This document shows, piece by piece, positions 28,065 to 37,958 of a DNA stretch of 64,000 nt (position 1 is its first letter; each line of letters starts with the position of its first letter). Origin of the DNA: an uncultured Erysipelotrichaceae bacterium (GTDB lineage: Bacteria; Bacillota_I; Bacilli_A; RFN20; CAG-826); the NCBI GenBank assembly GCA_902800645.1, contig CADCFC010000001.1:31985-95984 (forward strand), given 5' to 3'. The notes under the pieces were generated by a model. That model ran no database searches. It was given only the letters and a program-made list of their open reading frames with translations, and was not told the origin of the DNA. The position numbers were made by a program, and so were the translations under genes.

Positions 28065-30671
28065 TTATTTACAGTCGTACCAAGATTTACCAAATCCTCC
28101 ATCTACCTCGAGAGGAACTGATAAATCCAAAGCGTGAATCATTTCATTATAAATGATTGAGTAGACTTTCTCCTTTTCTTCTTTAGGAACTTTAAAGATT
28201 AGTTCGTCATGTATTTGAAGAACCATCTTAGTTTTAAAATGATTCTCTTTTAATTTTTTATCAACATTAATCATTGCTACTTTGATTAAATCAGCGGCAC
28301 TTCCTTGAATTGGAGCGTTCATCGCTGCTCTTTTTGCAAATTCCCTAGTTTGATAATTAGAGTCGTGAAGCTCTCTTAAATATCTTCTTCTCCCCATCAT
28401 TGTAGAAACATAGCCATCTTTTAAAGCATTATCAACTACACTTCTAAAGAAAGTGTTAACTTCAGGGAAGGAAGTATAGAAACTATTGATGATTTCTCGA
28501 GAATCTTTAACTGATATTTCAAGCTGATCCGCTAAACCCCAATCAGAGATTCCATATATTATTCCAAAATTAACGGCTTTCGCTTTTCTTCTTTGTAAAG
28601 GAGTTGGTTCTCCTTCAATATTAAAGATTTTTCTAGCGGTTTCAGTGTGGATATCGCTATTAGGATCTAAGAAGATATTTTTAAGATTTGGACAATTAGA
28701 TAAATGAGCTAATATTCTTAACTCTATTTGTGAATAATCTAGTGATAAAATTTCGTAATTATCATCAGGATAATAGAAAGCTTGTCTAATCATTTTTCCT
28801 TCTTCATCTCTAATAGAGATGTTTTGTAGATTTGGATTAGATGAACTAAGTCTTCCTGTTTGGGTTAATGCTTGATTAAAATTGGCGTGAATCTTGTTAT
28901 CCTTATAGATGTGATTCTTTAATCCTTCTACATAAGTAGAGAGGAGTTTACTATATTTGCGATATTCAATAATTTTACTAATGATTGGGTGCTCATCGAT
29001 TAACTCTTTTAAGTTTTCAAAAGAAGTGGAATTGCCTTTCTTTCCTTTTAGACCGAGCTTGTTATATAGGAGCTCTCCTAATTGTTTTGGAGAAGAGATA
29101 TTGAATTTTTCATTAGCAAGAGTGTAGATTTCTTGCTCTAGTTCATTTATTTTTTCTTTCCATTCTTCTCCCATCTTATTTAGTACATTGACATCGAGAG
29201 GGAAGCCTTCGATTTCCATATCCGCTAAAACGTCGATTAATGGAAGTTCGAGATTGTTATATAGATCTAAAGCGCTTATTTTAACGAGCTCAGCTTTTAT
29301 TTTTCCCATTAAGTGAAGAGAAAAGAAAGCAAGTTTTCCAGTGTATGAAGGATTTTCTTGAGTAAATAAAGACATGTTGTCTTCTTTTTTCTCACTTATA
29401 TCTATTCCGTATACATTTAAAACTGGTTCAACTTTGTTTTTAATAGTGGTGTCGATTAAATAAGTAGCGATCAAAATATCAAATTCTAAACCTTTGATAT
29501 CGATATCATATTTAGATAAAGACACTTTAATTGCTTTAAAGTCATAACAACATTTTTTGATCTTTTCATCTTTTAAAGCATCTAAAAGTTTCTTATCTTT
29601 TTTAGCGTTTTCTAAAGAAATGTAATATGTTTTGCTTTTATTAGAGATAGCAATACCAAAGATTTCGGAATTGAAATAATCTTCATTATCTTCGTAGTCA
29701 ATAGCAACACCTATCTCTTCATCAAATTCAACGTTAGAGAAGTCAGTTACTTCATTAACTTCAATTTCTAGATTTTCTCCATCACTTATTTTCCATTTAG
29801 GAGACACTTTAGAAATGAATTGTTTCAACCCATATTTTTGACAAAATTCATTAATGATTTTAAAAGAATAACCGTGATAGATTGTGTCTTCTAAAGTGAA
29901 TGGAAGATCAATATCGGTTTTAATGATTGCTAAATCACGTGATATTTTACCGATATCGGCGTGTTCTTTAATCGCCTCTCCAACTTTCCCCTTAATTCCA
30001 TCAGCATGAGCGATAATATTATCGAAATTGCCATATTCTTCAATTAGTTTAACGGCGGTTTTTTCACCAATTCCTGGTATACCAGGAAGATTATCAGAAC
30101 TATCTCCTCTAAGTCCTTTATAGTCAATAATTTGTAGTGGAGCAAAACCATACGTCTCTTTTACTAATTCGGGTGTCATTTTGACAACATCTGATAGCCC
30201 TTTTCTAATGATTTGCACTGAGACTTTATCGCTTACTAGTTGTAAGAAGTCGCGATCACTTGTGTATATTTGAACTTCATATCCTGCTTTTTCAGCCTTT
30301 TTAGCGATAGTACCGGCGATATCATCGCCTTCAAAACCTTCTTCTTCAAATTGGAAAATGCCAAAGCTTCTTAAGAAGTCTCTTGCAATTGGGAATTGTT
30401 TAACTAAATCTTCTGGAGCGGGTTTTCGATTTGCTTTATAGGTTTCTAAAGCGTCGTGACGGAAGTTATGTTTTGCAGCGTCAAAAGCAACGATGATTCC
30501 TTCGTCTTCTTTTAAAGAAGAGATGATTTTATTCATCATATTGGAGAAAGCAAAAATTGCATTGGTTGGTATTCCTTCTTGATTGCGCATGATTTCTACT
30601 CCTGGATAGGCGGTAGCAAAATACGCTCTAAAGAGGAGTGAATTTCCATCGATAATCGTTAATTTAGCCAT
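28065..30671 (-). CDS. polA: DNA polymerase I
   Basis: 868 aa with a 5'-nuclease domain, a central exo-like domain and pol motifs DYSQIELRILAHLS and QIHDELIF. Confidence 0.95.
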   Translation of the reverse strand: MAKLTIIDGNSLLFRAYFATAYPGVEIMRNQEGIPTNAIFAFSNMMNKIISSLKEDEGIIVAFDAAKHNFRHDALETYKANRKPAPEDLVKQFPIARDFLRSFGIFQFEEEGFEGDDIAGTIAKKAEKAGYEVQIYTSDRDFLQLVSDKVSVQIIRKGLSDVVKMTPELVKETYGFAPLQIIDYKGLRGDSSDNLPGIPGIGEKTAVKLIEEYGNFDNIIAHADGIKGKVGEAIKEHADIGKISRDLAIIKTDIDLPFTLEDTIYHGYSFKIINEFCQKYGLKQFISKVSPKWKISDGENLEIEVNEVTDFSNVEFDEEIGVAIDYEDNEDYFNSEIFGIAISNKSKTYYISLENAKKDKKLLDALKDEKIKKCCYDFKAIKVSLSKYDIDIKGLEFDILIATYLIDTTIKNKVEPVLNVYGIDISEKKEDNMSLFTQENPSYTGKLAFFSLHLMGKIKAELVKISALDLYNNLELPLIDVLADMEIEGFPLDVNVLNKMGEEWKEKINELEQEIYTLANEKFNISSPKQLGELLYNKLGLKGKKGNSTSFENLKELIDEHPIISKIIEYRKYSKLLSTYVEGLKNHIYKDNKIHANFNQALTQTGRLSSSNPNLQNISIRDEEGKMIRQAFYYPDDNYEILSLDYSQIELRILAHLSNCPNLKNIFLDPNSDIHTETARKIFNIEGEPTPLQRRKAKAVNFGIIYGISDWGLADQLEISVKDSREIINSFYTSFPEVNTFFRSVVDNALKDGYVSTMMGRRRYLRELHDSNYQTREFAKRAAMNAPIQGSAADLIKVAMINVDKKLKENHFKTKMVLQIHDELIFKVPKEEKEKVYSIIYNEMIHALDLSVPLEVDGGFGKSWYDCK

Positions 30672-30673
30672 CT

Positions 30674-33600
30674 TTATTCCTCCAATAATTTGATTTGGTC
30701 TGCGACAAAGCTTTCCTTGTCATTATTATGTTCGTATCTTCCGTTAATTAGAACGATTTGATTCTTGCTTAAGATATTAAATGCTTCTTCGTATACTTTT
30801 GGGAAAACAGTTACTTCAAGTTCTCCTGATTCATCAAATAGTTTGATGAACGCCATAGTAGTGTTGTTCTTTCTAACTTTTATTGTCTTAACAGAAGAGA
30901 TGATACCAACGATATTAATCTTTCCGTATTTTTCTTTCACTTCACTTAAAGGAGTTGCGTGATTCATCTCAAGCAAGTCCTTCTTATATTTAAGCGGATT
31001 ATCAGAAAGCATTATTCCAAGCAATTCGTATTCGAGGTTTAAATTATCTAAAGGAATATCAATATCTTTAAAATATTGCTTTTGATTTTCTAAAGTAACA
31101 TCAAGAATTAACTGTCCGTTTTTATCATAAGATAATTCTGCGAGTTGATAGGCATAACGTAAAGTGTTACGCATTGTTGCTCTAGATGGGTATAAGGAAT
31201 CTAGGGCTCCTGCGTCAATTAACTTAGTAATCATGACTTCACTTATTCCGTTTCCAAACGCTCTTGAAACAAAATCAAAGAAGTCTTTATATTCACCGTT
31301 AAGCGTTCTATCATCAATGATTTTGTTTGTGACAACTTCGGTTATACCTTTAATCATATTCAAAGGGAAAAGTAGTCCGTTATTATCAATAACAAAGGTC
31401 TTTAAACTCTTATTAATATTTGGAAGATATACTTCGTATTTTCTCGATTTAATTTCACTCACATAATCAGAAAATTTATGATCAGTAGTGCCACTAGAAA
31501 TAGTAAGAATTGAGCAATAGAATTCTAGTGGATAATAATATTTGAGATACGCCATCCTCATAGCGAGCATTGCGTAAACTACAGCGTGAGATTTATTAAA
31601 ACCGTAATCAGCGAATTTTAAGATTTGATTAAACATATATTCACTGTCTTTTTGCGAATAGTGTTTACTCATTGCGCCTTTAATAAATCTTTCTTTACTA
31701 CTTTGTAGTTCTTTTTTGTCTTTATGAGAAACAGCACGTCTAAATAAATCAGCGTCAGTTGGGGAGAAACCCGCCATAACTTGAGCGATTTTATTGATTT
31801 GTTCCTGATAGATAAGTACTCCATAAGTAGGAGCGAGCACTTCTTTAATCTCTTCACTTAAATAAGTGATTTTAGTTTTGCCTTCTCTTCTTGAAACATA
31901 ATCTTTGATGTTATCCATAGGACCAGGTCTAAAAATAGCAAGAAGAGTAACAATATCTAAAAATTCTTTTGGTTCAATTAACTTAATCGCATTTCTCATT
32001 CCTGAGCTTTCAAGCTGGAAGATACCGATAGTCTTACCGCTTCTAATTAAAGATATAGCGTTAATATCATCATGAGGTAAGTCATAAAGACTTAATTTCT
32101 TTCCTTTATTCTCCTCAATTAATGACAAACAATAATTTATAGCGGTGAGGTTTCTTAAAGAAAGGAAGTCCATTTTTAAGAATCCTTGTTCTTCTAGATA
32201 ATCTTTTTCAAATTGAGAGGTGTAGTGGTCATCTAAATCAATGGTTACTGGTAAAGCATCTTTTAAAGGCGAGTTATTTAAAATAACACCCGCTGCATGC
32301 ATTCCGGCTTGACGAGGCAAACCTTCAATTTTGCTCGCTAAAGAGACGATTTCTAAGAAATATTTATCGCTATCAACGAGATTCTTAAATGTTGGTAATG
32401 TCTTATATGCATTTCTTAGTGTTAATTTATCTGTAATCGATTTAGAGAGCATATCAATATGACGAGTTGGAATATTATATATTCTTCCAATATCTCTAAG
32501 AGCTTGTTTTGCCTGAATTGTCTGGAAAGCAACGATATTAGCGACTTTGTCGTTTCCATATTTATTTCGCATATATTCGACCATCAAATCGCGATGCTCA
32601 TCATCAAAGTCAACATCGATATCAGGCATGCTCTTTCTCGCTTTATTTAAGAAACGTTCAAATTGTAAATCGTAATCTAGTGGATCAACTTCTGTAATCC
32701 CAATCGCATAAGAAACTAATGAACCCGCTGCGCTTCCTCTTCCTGGACCGACAAGAACATGATTATTTCTTGCATAATTTACATAATCACTAACGATTAA
32801 AAAATAATCGGAATATCCCATTGAAGAGATGACTTCAAGCTCACTATTAGCTCTAGTGATATGAACTTCGTCATTAATGTTTTTATTCTTAAGTCCTTCA
32901 TAAACCATCTCTTTTAAAGATAGAGCAGGATCTTTTACTGGAACGTGATATATTTCTCCACGTTTCTTATGGATATTAAACGAAGAAGAATTTAATAATT
33001 CTTCAGTCTTATCAATTTCTTGTTTTGTATAGATTTTTGAGTAATAGGTAGAATCGTGGAAATATTCTTCTCCATCTAATTCTTTAATCTCTAATTTTTC
33101 GTCTTTATCAATTGCGTTAACGATTTCTAAAATGATGGCGTCATTTTTGTTTTGATATCTGATTCTTGGGAAAGCGATCGTCTCGTAATGGAGATCATTA
33201 GCGAATTTTCTTATTTCGTTAGCTCGAGTGTGTTCACTTTTATTAGTAACTTCAATTCCTAAATAAAACGCATCAAATAAATTTGAAATGTTAGCGAAAT
33301 ATTTTAAGAATTCTTTATTTGGTTCAGTTTCAAATTCTTCTTTAAATTTTCCATAATTGGTTTCAACTATTCCCACTAAACCAGAGTGGTTATCTTTTAA
33401 AAATGAAAGTTCAAATTCGTTCTTATTTAAAAGTGTTGAAATCTTAATAAGATTTAAATAGCCTTCTTCACTTATTGCGTAAATTACTATAGAGTTGTTA
33501 TCAATTTCTAAAGAAAGTCCAATCAAATATTTCTTATTATGTTTTTCCATTTCTTTAGCGAAAGATGGCACTCCATAAAGAACACCGATATCGGATAGAC

Positions 33601-33706
33601 CAGCACCTATAAAATTACCTTTATCCACTGATTGACCAATCTTTTCAATCGTTAAAGCGCTTTTAAGAAATGAATAACCACTGATGATTCTTAATGGAGC
33701 AAACAT
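30674..33706 (-). CDS. dnaE: DNA polymerase III alpha subunit, DnaE type
   Basis: 1010 aa with PDIDVDF, GMHAAGVIL, an HhH region and an OB fold at the C-terminus. The N-terminal PHP motif is degenerate (see findings). Confidence 0.95.
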   Translation of the reverse strand: MFAPLRIISGYSFLKSALTIEKIGQSVDKGNFIGAGLSDIGVLYGVPSFAKEMEKHNKKYLIGLSLEIDNNSIVIYAISEEGYLNLIKISTLLNKNEFELSFLKDNHSGLVGIVETNYGKFKEEFETEPNKEFLKYFANISNLFDAFYLGIEVTNKSEHTRANEIRKFANDLHYETIAFPRIRYQNKNDAIILEIVNAIDKDEKLEIKELDGEEYFHDSTYYSKIYTKQEIDKTEELLNSSSFNIHKKRGEIYHVPVKDPALSLKEMVYEGLKNKNINDEVHITRANSELEVISSMGYSDYFLIVSDYVNYARNNHVLVGPGRGSAAGSLVSYAIGITEVDPLDYDLQFERFLNKARKSMPDIDVDFDDEHRDLMVEYMRNKYGNDKVANIVAFQTIQAKQALRDIGRIYNIPTRHIDMLSKSITDKLTLRNAYKTLPTFKNLVDSDKYFLEIVSLASKIEGLPRQAGMHAAGVILNNSPLKDALPVTIDLDDHYTSQFEKDYLEEQGFLKMDFLSLRNLTAINYCLSLIEENKGKKLSLYDLPHDDINAISLIRSGKTIGIFQLESSGMRNAIKLIEPKEFLDIVTLLAIFRPGPMDNIKDYVSRREGKTKITYLSEEIKEVLAPTYGVLIYQEQINKIAQVMAGFSPTDADLFRRAVSHKDKKELQSSKERFIKGAMSKHYSQKDSEYMFNQILKFADYGFNKSHAVVYAMLAMRMAYLKYYYPLEFYCSILTISSGTTDHKFSDYVSEIKSRKYEVYLPNINKSLKTFVIDNNGLLFPLNMIKGITEVVTNKIIDDRTLNGEYKDFFDFVSRAFGNGISEVMITKLIDAGALDSLYPSRATMRNTLRYAYQLAELSYDKNGQLILDVTLENQKQYFKDIDIPLDNLNLEYELLGIMLSDNPLKYKKDLLEMNHATPLSEVKEKYGKINIVGIISSVKTIKVRKNNTTMAFIKLFDESGELEVTVFPKVYEEAFNILSKNQIVLINGRYEHNNDKESFVADQIKLLEE

Positions 33707-33795
33707 ACTATTAATAGTATAGATGAAAGATAGACTAAATAAAATAATCTATTAGAGAATTTTACTAGTAAAAGTAGAGAATACATGAAGTTATT

Positions 33796-33825
33796 AAAAA
33801 AAAGAAGCCACAACTAAGTGACTTC
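33796..33825 (-). terminator. Intrinsic terminator of nrnA
   Basis: On the - strand: GAAGTCAC-ttagtt-GTGGCTTC followed by T8, about 15 nt after the nrnA stop. Confidence 0.6.
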
Positions 33826-33841
33826 AATTTTTCTATAACAT

Positions 33842-34840
33842 TTATTTAACTAAAGCATCTAAAGCAGCGATGAATTTTGGAAGCTCATCTAAAGTGGTGA
33901 TTTTTGCGCCACTTGCTTGCTTATGCCCGCCGCCACCGAATTCAGCAGCAACTCCATTAATTACATAATCGCGACTACGAATAGAAATTCTCCAGCAAGG
34001 TTCTTTAGGATCGGTATCCTCAGTAATCGAGCACCAAATGTTAATTCCTTGAATGTTAGAGAATAGGTTAACATTCTCCTTTCCTCTTTCCGTTGTAATC
34101 TTGAGGTCTTTTTGAATTTGATCGCTTAAGACGTAGTAAGCAACACCTTTTTCACTAACTTTGTAATTGTTAAGAATATAGGCGGTAACTTTTAAGTCAT
34201 CGATGTTCTTTAAATACATCGCTCCATAAATTTCATTTAAGTTAATTCCGGAAGCGATTAAGTGCGACGCGACCGCAAAGGTATGAGCGCTTGTTGATGA
34301 ATATTGGAATCGACCAGAATCACCAACTAAGGCAATATAGAAATTTTTAGCAGCTTCTTTTGATAAAACATAATTATGTTTAAAGTTGAGTATAACTGAC
34401 ACTAATAATTCACTAGCGGCAGCTTTACTTGTATCAGTGATATCAAAAGTTGCGATATCTTCAACGTGTGGGTGGTGGTCGATAACGACAATCTTTTCGC
34501 CTTTTTCGTATCTTGGATCTGCAATTCTTGCTTTAGCGCCTACGTCAACGATGATTGATAGGAATGGTTTAGAAAACCACCCATCATTTTCTTTATCCAT
34601 TTCTTGGAAGAGTCGTGGAGTAAAGGTGACGTGATTATCTCCAAATACTTTTACTTCCTTGTTTGGGAAGTTATCTTTGATAAAGTGATATAAACCGAGC
34701 TGAGTTCCAAGAGCGTCAAAATCAGGCATGATGTGACGGAAGATAGCAATTCGGTCATATTCTCTGATTAACTTTTCAAGTTCGGCTATTTCTTTTTTGA
34801 AAGTTTTTCCGACTTCACGAATTTGTTTTTCAAGTTTCAT
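33842..34840 (-). CDS. nrnA: DHH/DHHA1 bifunctional oligoribonuclease / pAp phosphatase NrnA
   Basis: Motifs DFDALGT, VIDHHPH (DHH) and GGGGHKQASGA (DHHA1). I set the start at the ATG at 34840 (MKLEKQI), with AAGGAA upstream and 2 nt after the ackA stop. Confidence 0.8.
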   Translation of the reverse strand: MKLEKQIREVGKTFKKEIAELEKLIREYDRIAIFRHIMPDFDALGTQLGLYHFIKDNFPNKEVKVFGDNHVTFTPRLFQEMDKENDGWFSKPFLSIIVDVGAKARIADPRYEKGEKIVVIDHHPHVEDIATFDITDTSKAAASELLVSVILNFKHNYVLSKEAAKNFYIALVGDSGRFQYSSTSAHTFAVASHLIASGINLNEIYGAMYLKNIDDLKVTAYILNNYKVSEKGVAYYVLSDQIQKDLKITTERGKENVNLFSNIQGINIWCSITEDTDPKEPCWRISIRSRDYVINGVAAEFGGGGHKQASGAKITTLDELPKFIAALDALVK

Positions 34841-34842
34841 AA

Positions 34843-35930
34843 TTATTCCTTTACGCACATTTTATAAGCGTCACGAGCAATCATCACTTCTTCATCAGTA
34901 GGAATAACTGCAACTTTAATTTTGCTATTTGGAGTAGAAATCAAACATTCTTTTCCGTGAATAGTGCTATTTAATGCCTCATCAATTTCAACGTGAAGAG
35001 CATCTTTGATTTGATCGACAACTTCTTTTCTTGTTCTAGGTTCATTTTCTCCAATACCAGCAGAGAAGATGATTAAATCAGCACCGCCAAGTCTCACATA
35101 ATATTGACCGATGAAATCAGCAATTCTTCTAATGAAGAGCTTGTTTGTTAATATGGCGTGTTCATTACCGGCGTCAACCGCCGCTAAAACATCACGGCTA
35201 TCTGGTCCGACAGTGGACATACCTTTAAATCCACTTTCTTTGTTGAACATTTGATAGACTTCTTCAGCAGATTTTCCAGTGACTTTTACCACGTAATTGA
35301 AAACGCTTGGATCCATATCACCGGTTCTTGTTCCCATCATGATTCCACCTAAAGGTGTTAAACCCATACTTGTGGCAACACATTTACCGTCCTTAATAGC
35401 AGTAATAGAAGCACCTGAACCGATATGGCAAGAAATGATTCTTTTTCCTTCTGTATCTTTTAGATATTTCTCGCCTTCAATTGCGAGATAGTTATGTGAA
35501 GTACCGTGAGCACCATAACGACGGATATCATATTTTTCAGTTAATTCATATGGAATTGGGAAGACATAGTCTTGTGGTTCCATGGTTTGATGATACGCAG
35601 TATCGCTTCAGTGTCCTTATCAAACATCGCACTCTTAGAGAAATATTTTCCTCCTTGAACGATACGGTGACCAACTGCTTTAATTTCATCATAAGATGAA
35701 ATGATTTTCTTTTCTAATAAGGCATCAACCACTTTTTGAGCAGCGACTTGATGATCTGGGAAAGAAGGTTCACTGACTTCTTTTTTACCATCATATTTAA
35801 TTGTGAAAATACCTTTTTCTAATTTGATTTTCTCACAGTTACCAGAACAGAGAACTTTCTCTTCTGGCATCTCGTATAATTTGAATTTTAAACTGGAACT
35901 TCCAGAGTTAATTGTTAATACTTTTGCCAT
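34843..35930 (-). pseudogene. ackA: Acetate kinase disrupted by an internal out-of-frame deletion
   Basis: Two ORFs cover the gene. The N-terminal piece (MAKVLTINSGSSSLKFKLY...HRIVQGGKYF...DKDTEAI) then runs out of frame. The C-terminal frame resumes at SDTAYHQTMEPQDYVFPIPYELTEKYDIRRYGAHGTSH... directly after an in-frame TGA. About 34 aa, including the APLHNP region, is absent. Confidence 0.8.
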
Positions 35931-35992
35931 TGTTTTCTCCTTTGAATTCTTTAGTATTATCGCATAACTTCAATATCATTGAAATCAATTTA

Positions 35993-36023
35993 ATGACATA
36001 ATTTTCTTTTTTCTTGCTATATT
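35993..36023 (+). promoter_or_regulatory. Possible promoter giving a leaderless transcript for the phosphatase gene
   Basis: ATGACA, 19 nt, then TATATT. The -10 ends 6 nt before the ATG at 36030 and no purine-rich SD lies in between. Confidence 0.3.
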
Positions 36024-36029
36024 AGTTAT

Positions 36030-36812
36030 ATGAAAGTTATCGAACTTTGTTATCAAAAAAATATTAGAGATATTGGCGGACTTATTGCATTTAACGGATT
36101 GAAGGTTAAAAGCGGACGCATCTATCGCGGTGGAGCGTTATCAAAAGTTAATGATGAAGATATTGAGATTATTAACTCTTTAAAGCTTACTGATATTGTT
36201 GATTTCCGTTCTCATTTAGAATTCGAAGCTAGACCTGATTATCGATTTAAGGGTGTTACTTTTCATAATTTTCCAGCATTAATCGATGAAGATAACGATC
36301 AAAAAAGAAACAACAATAATAATGATGATTCAAACTTACTCTGGTTTTTAGAAGATGGAATGAGTGGATTTGAACACATGCATAATATCTATGCGATTAC
36401 TCCCTTATCTAAAGAGGGGATAAAAGCATATAAAAACTTTTTTAAAGTTTTATTAATTGATAATAAACGAGTAACTTATTTCCATTGTTCTCAAGGAAAA
36501 GATCGCGCTGGAATGGCGGCGTTCCTTCTAGAAATTGCTTTAGGCGTAAGTGAAGCTGATGCAAGAAATGATTATTTATATACGAATGTCGCTATGGATC
36601 AAAAGATTGTTCAATTTAAGGAAATGCTAAAAAATAAACCTTATTACGATAAAGAATATGAACAGAGTTTGATTGATGTGTTTTCCGCAAAAGATGAATA
36701 TTTAGACGCAGCGATATTTGCAATCAATCTAAAATATGGAAGCGTCTTAAATTATATTAAAGAAGCTCTTGAAGTTGATGTTGATCGATTAAGAGCGATA
36801 TATCTCGAATAA
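36030..36812 (+). CDS. Protein-tyrosine phosphatase (Y_phosphatase3-like, CX5R)
   Basis: 260 aa with the active-site loop HCSQGKDRAG. It contains a poly-Asn/Asp insertion (KRNNNNNDDSN). Confidence 0.7.
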   Translation: MKVIELCYQKNIRDIGGLIAFNGLKVKSGRIYRGGALSKVNDEDIEIINSLKLTDIVDFRSHLEFEARPDYRFKGVTFHNFPALIDEDNDQKRNNNNNDDSNLLWFLEDGMSGFEHMHNIYAITPLSKEGIKAYKNFFKVLLIDNKRVTYFHCSQGKDRAGMAAFLLEIALGVSEADARNDYLYTNVAMDQKIVQFKEMLKNKPYYDKEYEQSLIDVFSAKDEYLDAAIFAINLKYGSVLNYIKEALEVDVDRLRAIYLE

Positions 36813-36838
36813 AAAAGCAACCTATTGGTTGCTATTTT
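36811..36838. terminator. Bidirectional terminator between convergent genes
   Basis: AAAAAAGCAACC-tatt-GGTTGCT-ATTTT. The T6 run is stronger on the - strand. The TAG stop of the - strand gene lies inside the stem. Confidence 0.55.
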
Positions 36839-37266
36839 AATAATTCTTCAATTTCGTTTTCGGTATAGACTTTAACACCAATTTGTTCAAGCTTAGTAGC
36901 GGTAATTCCTTTGCCTTTTATTAATCGGCCAGTGAATTTCCCATCGTGTATTTCTTTACTTCCACAACTTGGGCTTTGATCTTTTAAGATTGCGATTTTT
37001 ATCTCAAGATATTTACAAATATTAACAGCTTTGTCTGCACCAGAATTAAATTGATAAGTGACGTCTTTACCTTCTTTATTAATAACTTTTCCCTTATAGA
37101 TTTCCGAAGGCACTCTTGGAGTTTTTAATCCTCCTTCAACTTCAGGACAAAAAGGAACGAGTTCATATTTATCAAGTAACTCTTTTATTAAAGGGTTATA
37201 TTGACTTTTTCCATCGTATCTAACCTTATCACCAACAAGACAAGCGCTTATTAATATTTTTTCCAT
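36832..37266 (-). CDS. DUF523-family protein (TudS-like thiouracil desulfurase family)
   Basis: MEKILISACLVGDKVRYDG... with conserved Cys residues (CPE, SPSCG) typical of DUF523. I set the start at the ATG at 37266; the tracked ORF begins at an upstream TTG. Confidence 0.65.
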   Translation of the reverse strand: MEKILISACLVGDKVRYDGKSQYNPLIKELLDKYELVPFCPEVEGGLKTPRVPSEIYKGKVINKEGKDVTYQFNSGADKAVNICKYLEIKIAILKDQSPSCGSKEIHDGKFTGRLIKGKGITATKLEQIGVKVYTENEIEELLK

Positions 37267-37285
37267 AGTCGCGTTTATTTTATAT

Positions 37286-37313
37286 TTGTAAAGAAAGTTA
37301 ATCAATATATAAT
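37286..37313 (+). promoter_or_regulatory. Putative promoter giving a (near-)leaderless mRNA for the DUF45 gene
   Basis: TTGTAA, 16 nt, then TATAAT. The -10 ends 9 nt before the ATG at 37323 and there is no SD. Confidence 0.4.
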
Positions 37314-37322
37314 AATTTCACG

Positions 37323-37958
37323 ATGAACAATTTCTTTTACAAAGTAAACGATAAAGAATATGAAGTTTGTGTCACTCAAAAAAGTATGAAGAGTGTTCGC
37401 TTCGTTTTTCGCGACAACAAATTTATTGTGACTTGTCCTAAGTTTTATCCAAAATATGGAATTATAAAAGGACTTGATAAATACGCCGAAAAATTAATTG
37501 CTAAAGGCAAAAAAGAGCAGCCGCTTGGTGAAGATTATATTTATATATTTGGAGAAAAAATCATCATCAATAATAGTGGCAAGCTACATATTGAAGGGTA
37601 TCCAGAATTTGCATACAAAAGTCATGAAGATCTACTTAAAAAAATAAAACCAATCTTTTTAACTATCATCACAAATAGATGTCGATATTACGAGAAATTA
37701 ATGAATCTTCCATCATATCGAATTACAATTAGAAAAATGACATCTCGATATGGAAGCAATTCCAAAACGAGTAAGCACATAACTTTTGCAACGATTCTGT
37801 TACATTATTCTTTGCCAATTATTGATTCAGTCGTGGTTCATGAACTCGCTCATATTGAGGTATTTGACCATTCAAAGAAGTTCTATGATGTAGTTTATAA
37901 ATATTGTCCAGATTATGATGTGCTTCATAAAAAGTTAAGAAAGGGTGAATACAAATGA
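37323..37958 (+). CDS. YgjP-like metal-dependent hydrolase (DUF45, HEXXH)
   Basis: 211 aa with a C-terminal VVHELAHIEVFDHSKKFY motif characteristic of the DUF45/YgjP family. Confidence 0.7.
   Translation: MNNFFYKVNDKEYEVCVTQKSMKSVRFVFRDNKFIVTCPKFYPKYGIIKGLDKYAEKLIAKGKKEQPLGEDYIYIFGEKIIINNSGKLHIEGYPEFAYKSHEDLLKKIKPIFLTIITNRCRYYEKLMNLPSYRITIRKMTSRYGSNSKTSKHITFATILLHYSLPIIDSVVVHELAHIEVFDHSKKFYDVVYKYCPDYDVLHKKLRKGEYK

Noticed and set aside
36298-36333. The poly-Asn/Asp tract (KRNNNNNDDSN) in the tyrosine phosphatase, considered as a possible contingency or slippage locus.
   Set aside because: The DNA is not a pure homopolymer or simple repeat (aacaacaataataatgatgat). Such Asn-rich insertions are common in AT-rich genomes, so there is no evidence for phase variation.
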